20,000 bases of DNA from Rozella allomycis CSF55 (taxonomy: Eukaryota): positions 109,189 through 129,188 of the forward strand of contig KE560384.1 in assembly GCA_000442015.1 (NCBI GenBank), written 5' to 3'. Under the pieces are notes generated by a model, which saw only the letters and a list, made by a program, of their open reading frames with translations, had not been told where the DNA came from and did no database searches. Of the stretch, positions 1 through 9,548 are shown piece by piece. Numbering within the stretch: position 1 is the first letter of the stretch; the number at the start of each line of letters is the position of its first letter. A program made the position numbers and the translations under genes.

Positions 1-24
1 TTAAAAGTTAGATAATAAATTTAC

Positions 25-115
25 CTATCGGGTGAGTAATCGCTCTTGATATCAATCCGCTGAACGATGATGCGATCGCCACATTCCAAAAATCGGCATC
101 ATCTGCATTAGGCAT
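25..115 (-). CDS. Mitochondrial carrier (SLC25) family protein, first exon; gene runs off the window start
   Basis: ATG at 115 gives MPNADDADFWNVAIASSFSGLISRAITHPI plus the first G of a D/E codon, matching helix 1 and the start of the Px[DE]xx[KR] carrier motif. It is followed by a GTAAAT donor at 24 with a CTAAC branch-like site. Not in the ORF track. Confidence 0.75.
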
Positions 116-268
116 TAAAATATGATACTAAGCCACGAATATAAATGGATCTAATAAAAAATAGCAATAAACTGGTACTCTAATGCTTTATTGAACCAAT
201 GTGTATTCCATCAGATGGCCCTGGCCAGACAGCATCCTTGCACTACGCCACTAGATAAGAGAATCAAG

Positions 269-694
269 ATGGCAAAGATTAACCTTGGTCATTTATTTCA
301 TTTTTTGAATTTTGTTGTTAGTATACTAACAGCGTATTGCGGAGTAATGTTTGTCCTGAATTTCACTTTTCGTGATGTAATACTTGGAGTGTATGCTGTG
401 TAAATTGTATGTTTCTCTACCATTTAGAATATTTGGTGCCCTTCTTTTTGTGTCAGACTTGAAAGGAATATCTGCTATAAAGTCACAGTTGGCCTTTTTA
501 AGCAATATGCTCGGGAGAGGTTTGACTTATCTATTGTAATGTTGTTGATAATTTTATATAGCCTGGGATGCTTTGTACTTGGAAGCCAAGGATACTCGCT
601 GATAGTTGGAGCTGTCATACTAGCGATTGCATTCCTTACAATTATATGCTCCTTTATTGCTGGATTTGATGCATATCCAGAGCCAATAATCTAA
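269..694 (+). CDS. TVP15: TVP15/COPI-associated Golgi membrane protein; join(269..399,428..535,562..694), 123 aa
   Basis: Two GT-AG introns (28 and 26 nt) give a small multi-TM protein containing FLSNMLGRGLTYLFLG, the family F..GRG.Y.F.G motif. Confidence 0.75.
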
Positions 695-731
695 TTTCAT
701 AAAGAATTAATTTATAGATAATGAATTATGT

Positions 732-2472
732 TTATTTCCATTGACGGTTATCGGACCCTTTGTTATTCTTTTGCTTTACATAATGCTCTTTTCCGGTCAT
801 TTTCGCTTTCTTGGCACCCTTGTAGATTTTATCTTTGCAGCTAGCGCCGATTGTTAGTTGAACTGTTGGAGGTACAGTAAATCCAAACGCTTTTGCAACT
901 TGTTGTAAATCTAATTGATTAACGTTGAAAATTTTCTTCAATCCATGAGACGCATAAGCAAGCAAGTAACTTCTATAGCCATCTTTTGCAGATTTGTTCA
1001 AATAAAAGTTTTTGGAAATCAATTTTTCAAGCTAACATTAGAATGACTAGTTAGGTTTACTTGTATTTGAACGTTAGCAATTTTGTTTGTTGGAAATTGA
1101 TACTCATTTAGTGGAACTTTGGCATTTTTCAAAAAGCGAAGAAAGCCAAGTTCTGAAGGCAAAAGGAACAATAGAGCTTTGCCACTAGCGTTTTCACCAC
1201 GAGCAGTTCTACCGACACGGTGAATATATTCCTAGAATTATATAAAAATGATTAAGCTACTCTTGGATCATCTGGAGGATCATATTGAATGATCCAATCT
1301 ACGGCGGGAATGTCTAAGCCTCTAGCAGCAACATCGGTACACAAAAGAATACCCTTTTCAGCATTAATGAATTCAAAAAAGGTTGAAGTTCTCTTTGTTT
1401 GTTTTTGTTTACCATGTAACTCGAGTACTGGAATGTCAATGTAGTTTAACAATTCAGCATGGTACTTTACACTGTTGCATGAAGAAAAGAAAACAATGAC
1501 TTTCTTTTTAAGATTTTTCTTAAGAAAAGTAAACAACAAAAGAAAGCGTTGTTCAGATGGGCAAACCACGTAGCCTTGTTCCAATTTGTCATTTGTGGCG
1601 GCTTCTTTATTTTCATCAACGTTGATGTACAATGGAGCTCTCTTTAAAGACAATCGTGCAAGATCTTCGACTTTGGTGGTTTGAGTTGCAGAGAACAACA
1701 TTGTTTGTCTCTCTTTTGGAAGAATATTCAAGATTTGTTTCATTTCTTGTTCAAAACCAACTTCAAGGATTCGATCAGCTTCGTCAATGATTAACATTTG
1801 TAAATTCTTGAAAAGAAATCCTTTCGTATTTTGTAAATGATCTAATAAACGACCAGGGGTAGCTACGAGTAAACTAACTCCCTTTGTAAGTTTTTCAGCT
1901 TCACCTCTTCTGTTAGCACCACCCATAACGACACCAAATGTTTGATTGTGATATTTGAATAGTTCTTTTGCGACACTAAAAATTTGCAATGCCAATTCTC
2001 TAGTTGGAGTTATAATGATCACACCAGTTCCATTTCTTGGCTTGAATTTGGTTCTCGACAATAATTCAACAGCAGGCAACAAAAAAGCCAGAGTCTTTCC
2101 AGATCCTGTCTTTGCAGCCCCAAGAATATCTCTTCCCGTTAACGCAGGTGGAATACATCTAGCTTGCACTTGGGTCATGTACTCAAATTTCATATCCTCA
2201 ATCGCTTTCATGGTAGATTCAGTAAAATCTACAGCAGAAAATTTCTTCTTTTCATAATCTTCGAAATCCTTGGCACTTTCCAATTGTAATTCTTTGGATT
2301 CTTTGGAAAAATCACCAACCACTTGAACGGTTTCATCATCTTGTTTGGTTTGTGACTCCCCGTCGTTGGAATTTTCTAAATATTCGTCGTTGTCAGAAAA
2401 GCAAGTTTCAGAAATATTTCCCTCGGAATTAGAGTCTACTTGTTCTTCCTCTTTGAATTTTCTCTTTCCCAT
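732..2472 (-). CDS. HAS1: DEAD-box RNA helicase Has1/DDX18; complement(join(732..1031,1061..1231,1261..2472)), 560 aa
   Basis: [21 protein letters not shown] and DVAARGLD motifs. Splicing restores [19 protein letters not shown]. Has1-type C-terminus [11 protein letters not shown]. Two 29-nt introns. Confidence 0.96.
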
Positions 2473-2770
2473 TCTCGCTACCGGGGTGACGACTGTGCCA
2501 CAACTCGTTTAACATGAATCAAATTAGAACATTATAACAAATTATAATAAATAATATTCAAACTCTTTGAATTTTTTTGTTCAGAGTATCCGTCACAGAC
2601 TCACGGTGTCATTCCATAGAGTGTAGGATTCCAATTTACAAACAGTCTGTACTCTTTAGAATGCATAGTTTATTTTTGAAACTCTTACTTAAAATTTCAT
2701 CTCATTCAGTTGCTTGTTTTCTTTGGTATTCTATTATCTACAAGAGCAATCTGAAATTTCAGAAATAAAA

Positions 2771-5067
2771 ATGCGTTGGACTCTTTTGGAGCCTGTACAT
2801 TTTAAAAAGGAAGAAATAACTGCCAGACATGGTCACTCTTGCATTTTTGCTAGTAAGAAGGGACGTGGAGAAGCGGTTGTTCCAGCAATGTATAGTTTCT
2901 TTGGCGCAGTTGAAAATGCCCTATTTAACGAAGTAGTATTGTATGATATCAGTAAACTAAATCTGATAAAAATATAGATAAAAATAATGCAGATATTATT
3001 TTGGAGATAGCTGAAGATGATAAAGTCGTGTTTCCTGTGTCTTGTTGTGCGATTTGCAAAGATGATAATGAGGTTATATATTTGTTTGGAGGTATTTCGT
3101 CTACAGAGGAACGAGATGAGATTGTGCGTCAGGTATGAAATTGAAGGTTGCATGAATAGTTTGTGCAGTTTGATATTGAAACGAAGAGTTTTAAGAGTGT
3201 TGAATGGACAGGAGAATGCCCGCCACATCTTTTGGGTGCAAAGATGAATTTTGTTAAAGAAGAGAGAAAGATTTATTTGTTTGGAGGATATCGCGATGAT
3301 TTCAAATTTTCGAATGATTTGTATTCTTTTGATTTGGAGACTAATAAATGGGAGCTGGTAGAATGCAATGGAATGAAGCCAAGAGAAAGAGAATCGCATT
3401 CTATGGAGTATTGGGAGTGTTCGAAGCCAATTACCCTTTTAAAGGACAATGAAGAAGAGGAAATTGAGAATGGGAAATTTTTGGTAGTTTTTGGCGGATT
3501 GACTGAAGGCCATCGATTAAACGACGTTCAATTTTATAATCTAAGTAAGAAATAAATAATGAGAAAATAAAGATAATAAAACTTGGTATCAAGCAAGAAC
3601 GCCCACTGCGAATGAAGTTACGGGCAGAAGTCAACATTCTGCATTTATTTACAAGGATAAAATTTACATTTTATTTGGATGGGAATATTCCACAGAAGCT
3701 CAATCGATGCCGTTAAGAGAATTGAATGAAGAGAGAACTGTTGCTGAGAGCAAGAATGTGTATTCAAAACTGAAAACACATTCTAAATTTGCCAAATCTA
3801 TTTTAATGTATGATATATTTTCAAACGAATGGACGAAAAAGGAATTCCATGGTGGCATAGTTCCAACGCCCAGGGTTGGTCATGGGGCCGCCCAATTTGA
3901 AGATAAAATTTATGTCTTTGGTGGAAGAGATGGACCAAAGAGACAACATTGTTTGTCTGATTTTTGGATGTTAGAGTTGGAAGCGACACAAGATGAGAAA
4001 CCAAGACTTGAATACATTGGCAAAAGAAAATGTGCTAGTGAAGCACCAATAGCTGTTTCGAATGATGCTAATGAAAATGAAGTTCCAGAAAAGAAAAAGA
4101 GAAAATCAACAGCGACAGCTCCAAGTACGCCTGCAAAGAAGAGGAGATCTGTGGTACCAACGATTGCTGTTGTTACTCCTCGACAAAAGGACAAGTTGAA
4201 TGTGATTGATTATGATGAAAACATTAGAATTGATTTTAATAAATGCTATGATCCAAATAATTTCCATAAATCATTAGATGAATTGACGATTGGACAACGA
4301 GTAGAAATTGTAAGAATTATTTTGTAAATTTCAAAAGTTTGATGAAGCGTCAGGAAAATTTTATTATGGAAGATTTATTTGTAGAAAAGAAGGCAAAACA
4401 AAGAAAACTTCTGGATTATTTCATTATGAAGGTTGGGCTCATACAATGGATGAATCTATTTCGTTGAATGACATTCCAAGAAGAGTTAGAAAGTTATCAG
4501 AGAGATATCAAGAATGGCTTCAAGAGAATTTGAATAAACAAAAAGAAGGAAATTTTCACGAAATTTTGGATGTCGCAGATTTTTCTGATAAAATTTTTGA
4601 TGAACGGCCATATTTTGGAAATAAAGTAAATTTTAAACTTTCAATTGAAACAATAGGGACCTGAACCTGAAGAAAATTATACTTTGGAATCTTTAGCGAA
4701 ATCTAAACATTACAAGAATCTTTTTCAAACTAAGAAAGAAGAAAGTAGTGAAGGAAGCGTTTTAAGCGACATCCCATCAATGAAAGAAGATGAAGTGAAA
4801 GATATTTCATTATCAACAGTTGAAATCGAAGAAATTGAAGTAAGCGAAGCAAAAGAGAGCATTGAAAGCGCTCAAAGTGAACAAGAGGAAAATATTCAAA
4901 TTATTGAGAGTGTTCAAGAGGAAACTATAAATGATATTTCTATTTCTGAACAACAATCAAACGAATCAAATAAAGAAAATCAAGAAATCGTAGAAATGAA
5001 GAATGAAGATGCTAATGATATTACAAATGATATTACAACAATAACAACTGCAATGGATGTTGAATAA
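2771..5067 (+). CDS. Kelch-repeat protein with basic NLS-like linker, Tudor-knot/chromo-barrel-like domain and acidic tail; join(2771..2951,2978..3132,3160..3544,3573..4309,4338..4625,4657..5067), 718 aa
   Basis: Kelch signatures RHGHS, IYLFGG (x2), RESHS, VVFGG, RSQHS, PRVGHG and IYVFGG. Five GTA-AG introns of 26-31 nt keep the frame. Spliced segment GQRVEIFD...LFHYEGWAHTMDESI. Confidence 0.85.
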
Positions 5068-5068
5068 A

Positions 5069-5821
5069 TTAATCTTTCATTTTATTTTTGTTCATTTTGT
5101 CCATCCATTCATTATACAGAATTGCAAGTTCAGGTGAACCCCCAATTGCTTCCTTTGTCAATTGCAACTCTTCTAATCTTCTATTTATATCTTCAAAATC
5201 TTTCGTTATCTTCTTATGAAATGGTGACTCAATTTCAGTTGTTTCTACAGCCTTTGATTCCACCAGTATCCTCTGACTGTTCTTCAAACAGTGAATAGCC
5301 TCATTGTACAATTGGACTTGCTGAAGAAGACTCCCGATATATTTCCATCCTTGATAACATGTTCTTCTTTCATCTAAATAGCCAGTTATATACATCAATG
5401 CATCTTATGATTAAACTCAATCTATATTTACTCTTGTAATCTTTAATCTTATGAAACGCTTGGAAAAGAAGTAACAAACTACCTGCATCTCTCGTCTTTA
5501 GTGAAATCTATAATCAAACTCAATACACATTACAAGCTCATTCGCAACCAACTTTATATTCTCACACTCTTCAAGTTTCATAAAACACCTCAATCTTAAA
5601 TCCACAATTTCCTTCTTCCCTTTTATATTCTCGCATTCCAAAAGGCATTTCCTATACTCTCCTCTATAATAATACTCATCTGCCCGGTATTTCGCCATCG
5701 GCAGTGTCTTGCAATACTCTTTATCATCAAAAGACGAATCCTTAAACCACTGCTACACATATTTATATATTCTTACATTTTCTGTACGGTAAAAGAATGA
5801 ATACTCTGAATCTTGTGGCAT
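5069..5821 (-). CDS. TPR-like protein resembling C8orf76; complement(join(5069..5403,5432..5507,5534..5752,5777..5821)), 224 aa
   Basis: Three GTA-AG introns (24 or 27, 26, 28 nt) join the fragments. QWF...KYRADEYYYRGEYRKCL...RC resembles the C8orf76 N-terminus as I recall it; not searched. Confidence 0.65.
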
Positions 5822-7328
5822 GGGCGAAAAACTTTACTTGGTTCGTTTCGTACAACGACATGCTGAATTTCGATTAGCTGAATTTGAAGCTCTGTGCAAA
5901 TTATTTGATATAAAATACAAGGCGCACACGGAATACACTGATCTTGTATAGTTATTTTTTGAAAATGATGTAGAGTCCGTTTTGGATTGTTTCTTTCAGA
6001 TCTGAAGATGATATTAGAAAAATATTGTCGAGGTCTTTTTTGATAAAGTATATAGATATGGTTTGAACTAGTAGATGTGTGTTGGAGCATTATGCGTGCA
6101 GCGAACAATCGTTAGATCATTTGGCAGAATTAGTTAAAGATATACCGCAAGATGTTTTCGTAAGATTATTTGGTTCAATCGAGTCAGGAAGTTTATAGAA
6201 ACGATACATTTAAATTTGTTATAGACACTTTTGCTACCTCAATGTCTGGCAAGGAAAAGATTGACACTATAGAAAAGTTTGCTTATCTGCCATTTGACGG
6301 GGACATTGACTTGAAAAATCCAAAGAATACTTTTCACGTGATAATCGATAACAGACACACAATAGAAAAGGAACCAAGAGCGTTCTATTTTGGAAGATGG
6401 ATTGGAGATGGAAATAGAGAGTTTATCGATATCTATAATGTCAAAAAGAGAAAATACATTGGCACTACAACAATGGACGCTGAGCTGTCGCTGATAATGT
6501 CAAATATGGCACTAGTCAAGAAGGGGTCTCTGGTTTACGATCCATTTGTTGGCACTGGTAATTTATAATAATTGATATTGTGGGCAGCTTTCTAGTTACT
6601 TCATCTTGCTTTGGGTCTTATTCATTCGGTTCAGATATTGATGGGCGGCAGATTAGAGGCAAAGATGGAAGTATGTTTAATGATTCACATTTAATAGAAA
6701 AATCTTTGAAATCTAATATAGCACAGTACAAGCTACAAAATAGAATTCTGGGTACAGTTGTTTGTGATATTACTCAACATCCATTTAGGCCCGATGGTTT
6801 CCGTTTCGATGCAATTATCACTGATCGTAAGTATTATTTTTTCTATTCAAAAGCTCCTTACGGTGTTAGAGCAGGCGCGAAAAAGATTATGATGAAGGAG
6901 GGCGGTTTCTTCAAAAATACTGAAGAGTAAAAATGAAATATTTTCTATTAAATAGCGGTAAAAGTTTTTATCCTGCAACCATTCCTTACGAACTGCCAGA
7001 TGTTATTTACGATTTACTAAATTTTTCTTCAGTATATCTTGAAATTGGTGGCAGGCTGGTGTACTGGTTACCAGTAATTGATGATGAAGAGTAAATTTAT
7101 TGCAATGGGTGTAATAGGGAAAATGATTTAAAAGAGCCTCCTAATCATCCATGTTTTGACATGATCTCAAAATGCCCTCAAATATTCGGCGGCTGGCGAA
7201 GGATTCTTGTTACAATGGAGAAAAAGTGCGATCCTGAATCTATAGACTTTAATATCAAAAAAGATCATTTGGTGGAACCTTTTAGAAATCGGTTTTTCAC
7301 GAAAATGAAATTAAACAGCGAAGCATAA
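5820..7328 (+). CDS. TRM11: tRNA m2G10 methyltransferase catalytic subunit; join(5820..5945,5974..6047,6075..6159,6188..6557,6584..6670,6698..6826,6854..6926,6956..7090,7118..7328), 429 aa
   Basis: N-terminus YLVRFVQRHAEFR, RKYIGTTTMDAELSL, DPFVGTGS, GSDID, spliced DAIITDPPYGVR, and GGRLVYWLP. Eight introns of 26-29 nt, one non-canonical. Confidence 0.93.
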
Positions 7329-7340
7329 TATAAATAAATT

Positions 7341-7405
7341 GATTAAATTAAATGATTAAGTTAAGTGATTAAAGTAAATGATTAAATTGAATTATTGAAT
7401 GAAAT
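7341..7405. repeat. Imperfect 13-bp tandem repeat, about 5 units (GATTAAATTAAAT-like)
   Basis: Consecutive units gattaaattaaat, gattaagttaagt, gattaaagtaaat, gattaaattgaat, tattgaatgaaat. Confidence 0.75.
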
Positions 7406-7432
7406 TTATGACTCGCGATAAAAACAATATGT

Positions 7433-8539
7433 TCAAAAGTCTGGCACTGTATTGATGAATTGTGGCGATTTTAATCTAAAATACACCATTGTTAACAAAC
7501 CTAGGAGAATAACACCACCGACAAACGAATAGATAATTTTTGGCATTAAGTTTGACACATCCTCGCGATGAGCCAGTTCTTTCATGTCTAAATATGTTCT
7601 CTTCATAAATTCTGGATAATTTTCGTTGACTTCATACTCATAAATGCTGCTTTTGAGATCGTCAGGAGTTATATCATATAAAAGAGAATTTACATAGTTC
7701 TGGAACGTTGTTGCAAAACTTAATGAGGCGAATAGAGTATTCACAGTTAACTGGTTTTGAAAATAGTAATTTACGTATTCAATTACTGAAGAAAGTACTT
7801 CTTTTTCTATCTTTCCAGCCGATTCTTCAACGGACAATTTAAGCATAAGAACAAATGTACTTTCGACTATATCGCACACTGATGAAATGAAGGGACTTTC
7901 GGGTACTTCTGAATATGCTGGAGGTTTTATTAAAGCATTCTTAAGAATCTTATGCTCGTATACAGCTTTTAAAAGATGAACAAATGGTAATTCTTTAGTG
8001 TTGCGTAAAATATCAAAAACTGAATTGTATTCATAATCTTTCGCGTGTCTTTTCACCATAATTGGTATGAGCTTCGAGTTATCTGTCATCATAGAAGCAA
8101 GCAGCATAATATCATCATTGCTAATTTTTTCTTTTTTGGACAAAGTTCCACTGGGTACTTTATACGACCCGTTATCTTTCAATCCCAATAAATTTAGATG
8201 ATTTCGAGAATTTTCATTAGGTGCAATCGCAAACAAAAAGTCGACAAAAAGATTCTTATTTGCCTCACTCAGCGAACTCTTCAGTATCACTTTCAAAGTC
8301 GAAGCAGACGAAATAAACTTAAATACGTGCTCTTCAATTTCATAATTCTTGGTTAGTTCATTAAATGCTTTATGAAACGCAAAATCAGATAATCTTGAAA
8401 TCAAGTTGTCGTTTAAATATTCGATGTTCAGATTATCTATCCTTGACATAAGATTTACACCGAGTTCATTATATCGTGCTGTATCACATAAATACAACGA
8501 AAAAAACCAAAAGAAAAGTAGTGCACTTGAAAATTTCAT
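7433..8539 (-). CDS. Orphan single-pass type-I membrane protein, 368 aa, apparently intronless
   Basis: Long ORF with signal-peptide-like MKFSSALLFFWFFSLYLC from ATG 8539 and C-terminal TM IIYSFVGGVILLGLLTMVYF plus a short tail. No family recognised. Confidence 0.75.
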   Translation of the reverse strand: MKFSSALLFFWFFSLYLCDTARYNELGVNLMSRIDNLNIEYLNDNLISRLSDFAFHKAFNELTKNYEIEEHVFKFISSASTLKVILKSSLSEANKNLFVDFLFAIAPNENSRNHLNLLGLKDNGSYKVPSGTLSKKEKISNDDIMLLASMMTDNSKLIPIMVKRHAKDYEYNSVFDILRNTKELPFVHLLKAVYEHKILKNALIKPPAYSEVPESPFISSVCDIVESTFVLMLKLSVEESAGKIEKEVLSSVIEYVNYYFQNQLTVNTLFASLSFATTFQNYVNSLLYDITPDDLKSSIYEYEVNENYPEFMKRTYLDMKELAHREDVSNLMPKIIYSFVGGVILLGLLTMVYFRLKSPQFINTVPDF

Positions 8540-8832
8540 CAGTGGCTCCAATGGTGGCTGTGTATAGCTATATTTAAAATGTCGCGTTTTTGATGTATTA
8601 ATAGTATTCTTCATAACAAACTTATTAAAGTATTTTCTGCAATTACCTTGGTATATTTCACAGCCTTTATTTGCACCTTCTGAATTGAGACTTGCCTTGG
8701 CATTTCCTGCTTCATTGTACCAAATATAAGTACGAATATTGAAATATTTCAAATATTTTCTTCCTTTCCTTTACATTTTCATTTGTTGCAAGTTTCTTTC
8801 CTGTGTTTTTTTACGAAAAATCAAATTTTGTG

Positions 8833-9503
8833 ATGTCAAGAAATACAGCATTAAAAAGGCTCATGACAGAGTACAAAGGTAAATAGCTTCAAAATTCATA
8901 TATTTTAAAGAACTTACATTACACGCTCCTGATGGAATAACTGCCGGTAATAAGCATATCATCTGGTGATAGGGCCCGTTTCTGAAAATAACTTTTTTGT
9001 GTGGGAAGCTTTAATAGCGTACCTTTTGATTGAAATATAAAGTAGAGGACCTGAAGATACACCATTCGAAGGGGGTGTTTTTGTTGCAAAACTTACATTT
9101 CCAACTGATTACCCGTTATCTCCTCCAGAAATGAGATTTACGAGTGAAATATTCCACCCCAATATCTATTCGGATGGAAGAGTGTGCATTAGTATCCTGC
9201 ACGCACCAGGGGATGATCCTAATCAATATGAAAGTAGTTGTGAAAGGTGGAGGTAAAAAAAATAGTGCGATTTATTACTAGTCCTGTACAATGTGTTGAG
9301 AAAATACTTCTTTCTGTTGTATCGATGCTCGCAGGTAAGTAATGAATTATATTTGTGATAGAACCAAACGTAGAGAGTGGAGCGAACATAGATGCTTGCG
9401 TAATAATTTATTGTCGTCTTTAATGAAGAAAATTTATAGAAACGATATAAATGAATATAATAGAATAGTTAGGGAATGTGTGAAGAAAAGTCTCGGCTTA
9501 TAG
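8833..9503 (+). CDS. UBC7: E2 ubiquitin-conjugating enzyme Ubc7/UBE2G2; join(8833..8878,8911..8946,8973..9018,9046..9252,9282..9334,9362..9399,9429..9503), 166 aa
   Basis: [32 protein letters not shown] and [33 protein letters not shown] (catalytic Cys plus acidic loop). Six introns. Entirely absent from the ORF track. Confidence 0.95.
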
Positions 9504-9548
9504 TCAATTCAAAATTGCATCATAAAGAATATGTAAATTTTAATTTTA

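Noticed and set aside
2592..2601. GTCACAGACT complementary to SSU rRNA GGUCUGUGAU (C/D guide)
   Set aside because: No adjacent box D/D' or box C on that strand.
7341..7405. CRISPR array or telomeric repeat
   Set aside because: Degenerate spacerless AT-rich units at an internal eukaryotic locus.
8640..8725. U1-like fragments on + (ATTACCTTGG, TTTGCAC)
   Set aside because: Spacing is wrong, and there is no U1-70K loop or downstream Sm site.
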